A stretch of DNA of 64,000 nt from Terriglobia bacterium (GTDB taxonomy: Bacteria > Acidobacteriota > Terriglobia > 20CM-2-55-15): NCBI GenBank assembly GCA_965198225.1, contig CBDAOY010000006.1:416001-480000 (forward strand). Reading direction: 5' to 3'. A program made the position numbers and the translations under genes. Position 1 is the first letter of the stretch. The number at the start of each line of letters is the position of its first letter. The notes below the pieces were generated by a model. That model saw only the letters and a list, made by a program, of their open reading frames with translations. It did no database searches and had not been told where the DNA came from. Below are positions 29,440 through 38,470 of the stretch, piece after piece.

Positions 29440-29507
29440 GACGCCGCCATCGGCCCGAAACGTAGCTGTCTTTCCGGACGTCCGCCCTGAACCGGCAAGA
29501 AGGACTC

Positions 29508-31106
29508 TCACTCGCGGGGCCCAGTGTCGAAATCTCGGGCCACAAGGGTGATCGCCTGACGCGCCAGGCGACGGACGTGCTTCATCTTGATCGGTGAGTG
29601 CAGGAATCGGTTCAGACCCGCCAGCAACGCATCCGCGCACGAATCTGAAACGTAAGGCAGCTCGGCCTGGACAGCGGCACTGGTCTTGAGCAGGTGCGCC
29701 GAAAAGATCGGGTCGCGGAGACCGTGGTCCAGCAGCCGGTCGCGTGCCTCGACAAAGAACGACGAAGGCTCTTCGACGCGCCACTCTTCCTGATCGATCG
29801 TTCGATCGACAAACCTGCGGTTGCGGCCCAGGAAACACGCCATCTGAACCAGTGCCTGCGGCCACAGGTGGGGATATTTCGTGCAGAGCGTGCGGGCCGC
29901 GTTGGAAAAAGTCAGGCCGTGAGTAAAGTCCAGCCATCCGATGTTCTGGCTGACAGGCCGGTCGTGGGCCGTCCCGTAACCGGTGTCGAAGTGCAGGAGG
30001 TTCAGGGCGAGGGCTTCCAGCAACGCGTCGTACACCGCCTCGTTTCCGAAGGTGCCGATGTTGTCACGGAGCCAGCCTAGAGCCTGCGACGTGGTTTTCG
30101 GAAAAGGGATATCGAGTCTGGTTCCGTCGGCGTGTTTGGTCCCAGGCCAGGGAAGGCTCTCCAGAGCCGGACCGTGGTCCTTGAACTCCGGTATCAGGTC
30201 TTCACGAGTCGCGTATCTGATGTGCCGCGCGAGTGCAGGCAACAGGAACGGGGCGGCCTCCGCTCCCAGCGATTCCAGCAACTGCCCGGTCTTCGCGACG
30301 TAGATGAGGCTGTGTCCGAAATCGTTGTAGTGCGCCAGCGCAGCGGCGGTGAACGCCTCCTCCATGTCGTTCCAGTGCAGCCCATCGGCCAACCCCCGGG
30401 ACACCATCCCTTCGGCAACATCATTCTGCTCAGACTCGATTGCTGCGCCGAAGGCCGTGGCCTCGAATGGTTCTCCGGCTGCAGCGTAGGGGTATTCGGA
30501 ATGCCGGAGTCTGTCGAACGCGAGGTGGTCGACGGCCTCCGCCAGGCAGATGAGGCGATCTTCGAATCGCCCAGGTAAGGTATCGGCTAGCGCCAGCCAG
30601 TCCGCGGTGGCCGCCATCGCGTGAGTGGTCCCGAATTCCAATCGCGCGTGCGTCCACTTCAACGCGGCCAGGACGGCATCCTTGGGATCGAGCTCATGGT
30701 AGTGGAGCCTTGCGATCTCGCGACAGATGCGGCCGAAATCACGGTCCTTGACCGCAACCTTCAACCCGCGGAGAACCTGACGCCGAATCTCGTCGGGCGG
30801 CGGATCCGAGATATCGACCCAGACGTGCCCGTCCTGCCGCCTAGTAGGGTAGCTTCGAACGTTATCCCCTCCGAGCAGACACTCCCCATCGGAGAGTCGA
30901 AACTTCCAGTTGTGCCAGTTGCAGGTTAGAACGCAATCGTCGGTGACGCTGCCCTCGGCCAGTGGGTATCCCTCATGGGGGCAGCGGTTATCGACAGCGA
31001 AAACGCGATCGTCGATCGCGAACACCGCAATCTGTCGCGGCGGATGGTTGAAGACGAAAGGCTTATCGCCGAGGTCGCTCAGGGAGACGGCTTGAGTCCA
31101 GGCCAT
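29508..31106 (-). CDS. Rieske [2Fe-2S] domain protein fused to a large helical His-motif domain
   Basis: DNRCPHEGYPL...LTCNWHNWKF Rieske ligands; C-terminal region with TTHAMAA, FGHSLIY, FTHGLTF, SAHLLK. Confidence 0.88.
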   Translation of the reverse strand: MAWTQAVSLSDLGDKPFVFNHPPRQIAVFAIDDRVFAVDNRCPHEGYPLAEGSVTDDCVLTCNWHNWKFRLSDGECLLGGDNVRSYPTRRQDGHVWVDISDPPPDEIRRQVLRGLKVAVKDRDFGRICREIARLHYHELDPKDAVLAALKWTHARLEFGTTHAMAATADWLALADTLPGRFEDRLICLAEAVDHLAFDRLRHSEYPYAAAGEPFEATAFGAAIESEQNDVAEGMVSRGLADGLHWNDMEEAFTAAALAHYNDFGHSLIYVAKTGQLLESLGAEAAPFLLPALARHIRYATREDLIPEFKDHGPALESLPWPGTKHADGTRLDIPFPKTTSQALGWLRDNIGTFGNEAVYDALLEALALNLLHFDTGYGTAHDRPVSQNIGWLDFTHGLTFSNAARTLCTKYPHLWPQALVQMACFLGRNRRFVDRTIDQEEWRVEEPSSFFVEARDRLLDHGLRDPIFSAHLLKTSAAVQAELPYVSDSCADALLAGLNRFLHSPIKMKHVRRLARQAITLVARDFDTGPRE

Positions 31107-31121
31107 GTTCGTTTCCCAACG

Positions 31122-31194
31122 TTTCTAAAGTATTTCCTATAGAAACTATAGGCTAGTCTCGCCTCTTGAATTTGTAAAGTATTTTCTTTATAAA
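31122..31194. promoter_or_regulatory. Twin 24-bp palindromic operators between divergent Rieske and SufR-like genes
   Basis: TTTCTAAAGTATTTCCTATAGAAA (31122-31145) and TTTGTAAAGTATTTTCTTTATAAA (31171-31194). Confidence 0.75.
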
Positions 31195-31200
31195 CAAAGC

Positions 31201-31866
31201 GTGCCCGTGCCTGCCAAGTCTCAAACGCGCCGAGAGATCCTGAAGTGGCTCAAACACAAAGGTCCCCAGGACGCGACCGCTCTGGCCGATCGCCTGGACG
31301 TTTCGGCCATGGCGGTGAGGCAACATCTGTACGCCCTGCACCAAGAGCAGCTCGTAGAGAGCGAGCCGCAGCCACGGCCCGTCGGGAGGCCGGCGAAACT
31401 CTGGAAACTGACGGCCGAAGCCGAGGGTTTCTTTCCCGACGGACATTCGGATCTGACCCTCGATCTCCTCGCGGGCCTGCGCCAGGCCTTCGGCAACGAA
31501 GGTATAACGAAACTGCTGGAAGTCCGTGCCCGCCGGCAGGCGTCTGCCTATCGCGAACGGATACCACAGCGGGGTGCATTGCGAAAACGACTGGAAGCCC
31601 TGGCCCGGGTCCGAACGGGCGAGGGCTACATGGCCGAAGTCGTCGCCGAACGCGACGGCTCGTTCCTGTTCGTGGAAAATCACTGCTCCATCTGTGCCGC
31701 CGCTACGGCGTGCAGCGGATTGTGCGCCGGCGAACTGGACGTATTTCGCGCTGTGCTGGGCCCGGAAACCCGGATCGAGCGCGACGAGCATATCCTCGCC
31801 GGTGATCGGAGGTGCACATACCGGGTCCGACCGACCGGAAGGCGATCGCGGGCGAAGAGCTCCTGA
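31201..31866 (+). CDS. SufR-like HTH metalloregulator (ArsR/DeoR-type HTH plus Cys-containing sensor domain)
   Basis: LADRLDVSAMAVRQHL HTH, VGRPAKLWKLT, EGYMA, ENHCSICAAATACSGLCAGEL, GDRRCTY. Confidence 0.88.
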   Translation: MPVPAKSQTRREILKWLKHKGPQDATALADRLDVSAMAVRQHLYALHQEQLVESEPQPRPVGRPAKLWKLTAEAEGFFPDGHSDLTLDLLAGLRQAFGNEGITKLLEVRARRQASAYRERIPQRGALRKRLEALARVRTGEGYMAEVVAERDGSFLFVENHCSICAAATACSGLCAGELDVFRAVLGPETRIERDEHILAGDRRCTYRVRPTGRRSRAKSS

Positions 31867-31982
31867 AGCCGGAGCCATCCCGACTCGAAATCCGCGTCAC
31901 CCATATTCACTGCCGGTTCGGCTTCTACTATAATGATGGTGCTGTGAAGGAAGGTAGTATCTTAGGTATCTTGAAACTTCTG

Positions 31983-33314
31983 ATGGGCATCGTGCTTCGC
32001 ACAGATCCGGGCCGGGATAGTCGAACCCGGCGACTCGCTGCGGTGGCCTGCGCGACCGTCCTCATCCCAGCCGGTCTGCTGGCCGGGTTGCAACTCCGTT
32101 ACGACACGGAATACCCCGCCATCCCATACTCGACCGGCACACCAGAGGACGACGTCAGCCGACTGCGGCAGAGGATCGAAAGCGGGGACGCGCAGCTCCA
32201 ACATGACGGCGACAATGGATATCTGGCCTCCTTGCTTCGCGAGTTGGAAATAGACGTGGCCTCGCAGGTGCTCGTCTTTACCAAGACCAGCAACCAGATC
32301 GGTCGGATACTGCCAGAGAGACCACGGGCCCTCTACTTCAAGGACGACGCTTACGTCGGCTGGGTGCAGGGCGGCCGCGTCATCGAGGTCTCCGCACTGG
32401 ATCCAGAGCTGGGCCCGATCTTCTATAGTCTCGATCAGCAGACAGAATCCCCGCCCGAGTTCCGGCGCGAGACGTTTCGTTGTCTCCGATGCCACGACAG
32501 CTATTCGCTGACCGGCGGAGGGGTACCCCGCTACCTGATGGGCTCGATGTTCCCCGACGCCAATGGCGAGGCCGTTTCCCACGAAGGCTGGTTTCTGACA
32601 AACGACCAGAGCCCGATCCGGGAACGATGGGGCGGATGGTACGTCACCGGCACGCACGGCGACCAACGCCACATGGGCAACCTGGTCGTCGCGGACCCCA
32701 CCGACAGGAGCCAGTTCGATCTGGATCGAGGCGCGAATGTGACCGCACTCGATTCGCTCATCGACACCGCGCCCTACCTGAGCAAGCACAGCGACATCGT
32801 CGCGCTCCTCATCCTCGAACACCAGGTCTACGTCCAGAATCTGATCATCGGGTTGAACTGGCAGGCGCGGTCCGCTCTCTATGAGCCGGGGGCCGGAGGA
32901 TCGGAAGACGATGACAGCGCCACGATGAAGCGGATCGAAGATGCGGCCGAACCGCTCGTGCGGGCCATGGTCTTCGTCGGCGAAGCTCCGCTCGCCGGAC
33001 CGATCTCTGGCACGTCCGGCTTCTCGTCCGTATTCATGAGCCGGGGCCGGAGCGATCCCGAGGGCCGCTCCCTACGCGAGTTGGATCTCACCGACCGGCT
33101 GTTCCGCTACCCGATGAGCTACCTCATCTACTCCGACGCTTTCGACGCCTTGCCGGACCCGGCCAAAGACTACGTTTACTGGCGGCTGCGCGAGGTTCTC
33201 GGCGGAACGGATAGGAGCGAAGACTTCACCCACCTCTCCGACACGGACCGGACAGCGATCCTGGAGATTCTGGAAGCCACCAAGCCCGACTTCGCCGCGT
33301 CTCTGGGAGGCTGA
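31983..33314 (+). CDS. Exported conserved hypothetical c-type cytochrome protein
   Basis: SQVLVFTKTS, PRALYFKDDAYVGWV, CLRCH, ERWGGWYVTG, SDIVALLILEHQ, GRSLRELDL, LFRYPMSYLIYS; start uncertain. Confidence 0.78.
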   Translation: MGIVLRTDPGRDSRTRRLAAVACATVLIPAGLLAGLQLRYDTEYPAIPYSTGTPEDDVSRLRQRIESGDAQLQHDGDNGYLASLLRELEIDVASQVLVFTKTSNQIGRILPERPRALYFKDDAYVGWVQGGRVIEVSALDPELGPIFYSLDQQTESPPEFRRETFRCLRCHDSYSLTGGGVPRYLMGSMFPDANGEAVSHEGWFLTNDQSPIRERWGGWYVTGTHGDQRHMGNLVVADPTDRSQFDLDRGANVTALDSLIDTAPYLSKHSDIVALLILEHQVYVQNLIIGLNWQARSALYEPGAGGSEDDDSATMKRIEDAAEPLVRAMVFVGEAPLAGPISGTSGFSSVFMSRGRSDPEGRSLRELDLTDRLFRYPMSYLIYSDAFDALPDPAKDYVYWRLREVLGGTDRSEDFTHLSDTDRTAILEILEATKPDFAASLGG

Positions 33315-33485
33315 AGAAGGCCCGCGTGGCAGGAACAGATTCCGACTCGTAACTTGTCGCTCGTCACTTCGGCGTTACACGCGGGGAATAGACGCGGCGG
33401 TGTTTTTCCTTTCAAAATGTGCCCGTCGGGGCATTTTCCCGGTAATGCGGACTTTCGATTGGACGCTATCGGTAAATTGTCCGGC

Positions 33486-33639
33486 GATCGAGGCGGGGCT
33501 CGACGCGGACCTCCTCGCGTTCGACAGGAACCCACTCGAGCAGCCGTCGGTGCTGCATAACCCACTGCTGGTGATGAGCAACGGCCGGGTCGGTGTGAAC
33601 CGCCAGGTGGGGTTGAGGAAGGTTCTGCCGAATCATTGA
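33486..33639 (+). pseudogene. C-terminal remnant of an amidohydrolase family gene
   Basis: IEAGLDADLLAFDRNPLEQPSVLHNPLLVMSNGRV matches the amidohydrolase C-terminal strand motif; no upstream body. Confidence 0.6.
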
Positions 33640-33707
33640 ATCTGAATGCCGGGAGGCAGGATAAATAGCTTTGCCAAAACTCTGCCCGCCGGCTCTGCTC
33701 GAGCGCA

Positions 33708-34121
33708 ATGGATTCGACAGCAGGGCATAAGCCTCTCATTCTGTTCGACGGCGTATGCCATCTGTGCAGCGGGGCGGTGGTTTTCATCCTGAGACGAGAC
33801 CGGTCCCGGCGGTTCGCGTTCGCGCCGCTGCAATCGGAGGTCGGACAGAAGATTCTCGGCCGGCTCGGGATGCCCCTCCATGAAAACGAAACGCTGGTCC
33901 TGGTCGAAGGGAACAGTTACAGGATCAAGAGCTCGGCAGCGCTCCGTATTGCCCGGCGGCTCTCCGGTTTCTGGCCTCTCCTCTACGTTCTTCTGATCGT
34001 GCCGAGGCCGTTGCGCGACTTCTGCTACGACGTCGTCGCGCGAAATCGATACCGCTGGTTCGGTCGCCGAAACGAATGCTATGTCCCGACAGAAGAGCAG
34101 CGGGACCGTTTCCTGGCTTGA
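33708..34121 (+). CDS. Thiol-disulfide oxidoreductase DCC family (DUF393)
   Basis: LFDGVCHLC, FAPLQS, YDVVARNRYRWFG...C. Confidence 0.93.
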   Translation: MDSTAGHKPLILFDGVCHLCSGAVVFILRRDRSRRFAFAPLQSEVGQKILGRLGMPLHENETLVLVEGNSYRIKSSAALRIARRLSGFWPLLYVLLIVPRPLRDFCYDVVARNRYRWFGRRNECYVPTEEQRDRFLA

Positions 34122-34200
34122 CGGTGATCCTCTCCTGAGACCCAGCCTGCGCCGTTCTTCGGAGAATCTCGGGCGTGAGAGGGCCGAACTTCAGGATCGG

Positions 34201-34270
34201 GTGTAGGGGCGCTCTATGAGCGCACATCGTTTCGGCTCGAAGAATGTGCGGTCATAGACCGCACCTACAC
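34201..34270. repeat. REPIN-like doublet (copy 6)
   Basis: GTGTAGGGGCGCTCTATGAGCGCAC ... GTGCGGTCATAGACCGCACCTACAC. Confidence 0.9.
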
Positions 34271-34327
34271 CTCCGGGTTGGAACTCGGTGCTAGAATCTG
34301 CCGTGCAAGAACGAATACCTCGCCTGG

Positions 34328-35969
34328 ATGAAGAACCTCGGTTGCATCGGTTGTCATCAACTGGGTCAACTCTCGACGCGAACCATCCCTGAGGGCCTGG
34401 GCGAGTTCGAGTCCTCCGAGAAGGCCTGGCTGCGCCGTATTCAGTCCGGCCAGGCCGGCGGACAGATGCTTCGACAGGTTACCGGACTGCTGCAGGGCCT
34501 TCCCGCCAAATACCTCGCCGACTGGACCGACCGTCTCGCCGCCGGCGAGCTTCCGTCAACCCAACCGGAACGCCCGTCCGGTCTCGAACGCAATATCGTA
34601 GCCACCGTCCGGGACTGGTCAACCAACTCGGCCTACCTGCACGACCTGATATCCACCGACCGGCGCGACCCGACCGTCAACGGCTACGGCCCCATCTATG
34701 GAGCGCCAGAACTCAGCACCGACGACTTTCCGATCCTCGATCCGGTGGCCAACTCGGCAACCGATTTCAGGGCCACCGTCCTAGAGGCCGACACCCCGAC
34801 GACCGGCAGCACTCCGCCGACCGCGCCATCGCCCTACTGGGGCGATGAGGTCATCTGGAACAGCCAGGCGAACGCTCATAACCCCATGATCGATCAAGAG
34901 GGTCGGGTCTGGTATACGGCGAGAGTCCGCCCTGCCCAGACCCCCGACTTCTGCCAGGAAGGCTCCGACCATCCGTCTGCGAAACTGTTTCCCAGTGTCA
35001 GGGCGGGACGGCACCTGTCGCTCTACGACCCGGAAAACGGGCGAGTACACGCCCATTCCGACCTGTTTCGGAACGCATCACCTGCAGTTTGCCGAGGACG
35101 AAAACCACACGCTGTGGACCAGCGGCGGCGGCCCGGTCGTCGGCTGGCTCAACACGAAGATGTACGACGAGACCGGGGACCCGGCCGCGTCTCAAGGTTG
35201 GGCGCCGTTCATCCTGGATACCAACGGAAACGGCAAACAGGATGCCTGGGTGGAGCCGAACGAACCGGTGGATCCAGCGCGCGACAAACGCATCAACGCC
35301 GGCTTCTACGCCGTGATGCCCAACCCGGCCGACGGCTCGATCTGGGGATCGAACAGCTTTCGCTATCCCGGCTCCATCGTCAGGCTGGATCCCGGTCCCA
35401 ACCCCCCGGAAACCGCACTCGGCGAGATCTACAACGTGCCCTTGCCCGGGTTCGGTGTCCGCGGCGCCGACATCGACCGTAACGGCGTCGTCTGGGTGTC
35501 TCTAGGGAGCGGCCACCTCGGTGAATTCGACCGGCGGAAGTGCGCAGGCTCTCTCAACGGTCCCATCGCTACCGGCGACCACTGCCCGGAGGGCTGGACT
35601 TTCCACAGGTTGCCGGGACCGGGGTTCGACGACCTGCCGGAGTTCAGCATCGAGTCGAGCTACTACACCTGGGTCGATCAGCGCAACGCCTCGGGGCTTG
35701 GCGCTAACGTACCGATCGCCACAGGCAACCTGATGGACGGGGTCCACGCGCTTGTGGACGGCGCGTTCGTCACGCTTCGCATCCCGTATCCCCTCGGTTT
35801 TTACAGCAAGGGTTTCGACGGCCGCATCGACGACCCCGAAGCCGGCTGGAAAGGCCGGGGACTGTGGGTCTCGGAAGGCGACCGAACGCCCTGGCTCATG
35901 GAAGGCGGCAAGGCCAACAAACCCCGGGTCGTTCACTTCCAGGTCCGGCCGGACCCGCTCGCAAACTAA
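34328..35969 (+). pseudogene. 5'-truncated, frameshifted CxxCH/beta-propeller protein (carboxypeptidase-regulatory-like domain family)
   Basis: Begins abruptly at MKNLGCIGCHQLG with no signal peptide; extra A in the run at 35034-35037 joins ORFs 34328-35482 and 34995-35969 (YDPETGEYTPIPTCFGTHHLQF); ends GRIDDPEAGWKGRGLW...FQVRPDPLAN. Confidence 0.7.
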
Positions 35970-36058
35970 GGGGCTTTGTGCGGCCACCCTCGGCTTCCTT
36001 CAGGCCCGACCGCATGTGGGAGGCGGCGCGAATGGCTGTGTCTTCTCCCGTCGTCTCC

Positions 36059-36526
36059 CTACTTTGCGGCGATTTTCATTGCAGCCGCAGGGATGGCGCG
36101 AATACCACGTCTCGGAGAGCCATCACCGTTCAGAAAGACGCCGGGCTCGACATTGAAGTATTTTGCCAGCTTCTGAATGTGCGTGCGGTTGATCGGCCGC
36201 TTTCCGGACACGAGCTCGGACATCGTTGACACGGCGATGCCCGACTCGAGGGCGACCTGGCGCTTGCTCGCGCCACGGGCCTCGATCAGATGCTGGAGCA
36301 TTTCACGATCGGAGACCGGCTCGATCTCATGGTGCTCTGTTTCATACTGCTCGATCAGCGTGCCCAGTACATCGAGGTAGGCATCTTCGTCCTTCTTCAG
36401 CTTGCGATCAACCAGCTCATCAACCAGTTTGCTTGCCATTTTCAGCTCTCGGTCCGATCGAATCGGGCGGAGCGGAAACCTCCCTATCAATCCCAGGTAT
36501 TCGCCGGATGCGGTCCTCGAAGCCAC
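36059..36526 (-). CDS. higA: HigA-like HTH antitoxin
   Basis: FPLRPIRSD, YLDVLGTLIEQYETEH, Cro-like HTH SELVSGKRPINRTHIQKLAKYFNV; downstream of toxin. Confidence 0.85.
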   Translation of the reverse strand: MASRTASGEYLGLIGRFPLRPIRSDRELKMASKLVDELVDRKLKKDEDAYLDVLGTLIEQYETEHHEIEPVSDREMLQHLIEARGASKRQVALESGIAVSTMSELVSGKRPINRTHIQKLAKYFNVEPGVFLNGDGSPRRGIRAIPAAAMKIAAK

Positions 36527-36573
36527 GTCTCTCTCCCTCCCAAAAGTGGATACAGCATCAGGAACGACCGATA

Positions 36574-36861
36574 CTACTTCCTCCAGTCGCCCTGATCGTA
36601 TTCGGCATGGGTGAGCACATGGCGGATGAAGATCCTGCCTTTCTTGTAGCGGATGGTGACGATGAGGCGGTATTTGTTGCCGCTGATATTGAACACCGTC
36701 AGCCCGTCCACGTAGTCGGCGGAAGGGTAGGTTTTTCGAACATCCACCAGACTAGTCCAGCTGGCCTGCTTTGCCACGCGGTACCACGCTCTCAATGGCG
36801 TTTCCGCGTCCTGATGCTTCTCCCAGAATCCTTTCAGTCGTTTGAGGGAAACTATGTGCAT
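36574..36861 (-). CDS. higB: Type II toxin-antitoxin HigB-family mRNA interferase
   Basis: MHIVSLKRLKGFWEKH, TYPSADYV, VFNISGNKYRLI, VLTHAEYDQGDW; toxin-first order. Confidence 0.92.
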   Translation of the reverse strand: MHIVSLKRLKGFWEKHQDAETPLRAWYRVAKQASWTSLVDVRKTYPSADYVDGLTVFNISGNKYRLIVTIRYKKGRIFIRHVLTHAEYDQGDWRK

Positions 36862-36889
36862 CAGGTTTTGTGCGACCGAATACAAACCC

Positions 36890-36941
36890 AGAATATTCGC
36901 ATTCTGCGATAATGTCAATCGGGATGTTCGCGAATTGCGAA
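36890..36941 (-). promoter_or_regulatory. sigma70 promoter of higBA with two palindromic operators
   Basis: Minus strand TTGACA (36918-36913), 17-bp spacer, TATTCT (36895-36890); palindromes TTCGCATTCTGCGAT (36896-36910) and TTCGCGAATTGCGAA (36927-36941). Confidence 0.75.
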
Positions 36942-37030
36942 ACATGCGAAGAAGGATAGCAGACCAGGAGGGGCGTCGAACGTTGAAAGAGAATTCCCTC
37001 ATCCTCCAACTTTTCTGCTTGACGCGATAA

Positions 37031-37053
37031 GTGTCCTAGGCGTACTAGTACAC
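37031..37053. promoter_or_regulatory. YtrA-type GntR operator
   Basis: GTGTCCTAG-GCGTA-CTAGTACAC palindrome 2 nt before the ATG; TTGACG at 37019; no SD, so possibly leaderless. Confidence 0.7.
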
Positions 37054-37055
37054 AT

Positions 37056-37463
37056 ATGATCCCGTTCCGACTGACATTCCAACCTGGTGTCGCCATCTAC
37101 GAGCAGGTTGTCTACGCGGCCAAGAAGGCTTTCATTTCCGGCCAGATGCGACCCGGTGAAGCCTTTCCGTCAGTTCGGGCCCTGAGCAAGGCGCTCAAGA
37201 TCAACCCCAACACGGCACACAAGGTCGTTGCCCAGCTCGTGGACGAAGGGCTGATCGAGGTCCGGCCCGGGCGCGGCACCGTCGTGACGGCGCGGCCGCC
37301 ATCGACCGCCGCCGAACGGGGCAACCTGCTCCAGAAAGAATTGGAGCAGCTCGTCGTCGAGGCCAAGCGGCTCGGTCTCGAGCGAGAGGATGTGAACGGG
37401 GCGATCGAGGCACACTGGTACCGGCTGGACGGAGCGAACACAGCGACGAGGAGGAAGCCGTGA
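37056..37463 (+). CDS. GntR family regulator, YtrA subfamily
   Basis: AIYEQV, FPSVRALSKALKINPNTAHKV, RPGRGTVV; short C-terminal helix. Confidence 0.92.
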   Translation: MIPFRLTFQPGVAIYEQVVYAAKKAFISGQMRPGEAFPSVRALSKALKINPNTAHKVVAQLVDEGLIEVRPGRGTVVTARPPSTAAERGNLLQKELEQLVVEAKRLGLEREDVNGAIEAHWYRLDGANTATRRKP

Positions 37464-37938
37464 CACTCGTCATCCACACCGAAGACCTGGCGAAACTTCT
37501 TTCGCGGGGGCGTCGACGCCCTCAACGGTCTGAATCTGGACGTCTCGGAAGGCAGCGTCTTCTGGCTAGCCCGTGGATCTTCGACGCTGTCTGCAGTGTT
37601 TCTCACAGCAACTTCGGTTCATATCTGAGATAGGTGTCACGTGTCGTCTGCCTTTCCGCACTCCATCATTTCAGATGTCCCTTCGGCTCGACGACGAAGA
37701 GATTGGGGACATGGAGGGCGCGTCCACCTATTCGCCGTTTCCAGCAGGCATTGATCTCAACCGCGTCTGGAGGCGCCCGGTTCTCGGTTACAGGCGAATT
37801 GTCGACGGCGAACTGGTCAGCTACGGTCTGAGAGACGGCCAGCAGATCACGGTGATATACCGGGAGCCGGTCGCGCACATCCGGCGGGATTTCACGATGA
37901 CCATCGACCTGGACGACTTCGTGGTGAGCAGTTACTGA
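37460..37938 (+). pseudogene. Deleted remnants of the YtrA-associated ABC transporter (ATPase N-terminus plus probable permease C-terminus)
   Basis: GTG overlapping the GntR stop gives MTLVIHTEDLAK, then after a frameshift GVDALNGLNLDVSEGSVF, breaking before Walker A; downstream fragment ends ITVIYREPVAHIRRDF. Confidence 0.6.
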
Positions 37939-37962
37939 GCGGGCGCAGTCGCGGGGCACCGA

Positions 37963-38112
37963 TCAATTCGACCTGGACCCAGCGCCCGTTGACCCTGGCG
38001 GACGCGTTTCGGTTTCGGTTGTCTCGGAGTGCGACGCCATCAACGGAGCGAGGATCGAGGGGATCACTGCAGCCAGGAGGGCCAGCCACAGAATCGTCTT
38101 CGCGTTGCTCAT
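37963..38112 (-). CDS. Short ORF with signal-peptide-like N-terminus (possible gene remnant)
   Basis: MSNAKTILWLALLAAVIPSILAPLMASHSETTETETRPPGSTGAGSRSN, 49 aa. Confidence 0.3.
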   Translation of the reverse strand: MSNAKTILWLALLAAVIPSILAPLMASHSETTETETRPPGSTGAGSRSN

Positions 38113-38325
38113 GCTCTCTTAGACAATCGGTCGTCGTTGAGATAGTTCCGTCGAGTTGCGGGCCGGATTCATGATGTACCCTCCATAGCGAGAACATGTC
38201 CCAGTCGGAAATTCCGGTGGAGTTAACTAAATGAATCACGCGCTGAAGTTGGCGCAAACCCGCATAAACGAAACAATTTGACAAGTTGACTGAGTTAACT
38301 CAGTCTTTCACAACATTCGTAAAGC

Positions 38326-38382
38326 GACTCAAAATCTGGCGGGGGGTGACTCCCGTGGGGGTTCAAGTCCCCCCCTCCGGCA
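38326..38382 (+). mobile_element. 3' half of tRNA-Leu(CAA): probable att-site duplication of an integrative element
   Basis: GACTCAAAATC anticodon loop, long variable arm, GGGGGTTCAAGTCCCCC T-arm, CTCCGGCA acceptor 3' strand; no D-arm or 5' acceptor strand upstream. Confidence 0.75.
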
Positions 38383-38470
38383 TTGATAGCTACTGTAAGG
38401 ACCGAACCTTGAGCCGGCTGCTCGAGCGGTACAGCGTGCCGAGGTCGTCCGCGCTTCCCGAGGAGGTCCG

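Noticed and set aside
38326-38382. Functional tRNA-Leu gene
   Set aside because: The 5' acceptor strand and D-arm are missing and there is no CCA; treated as an att remnant.
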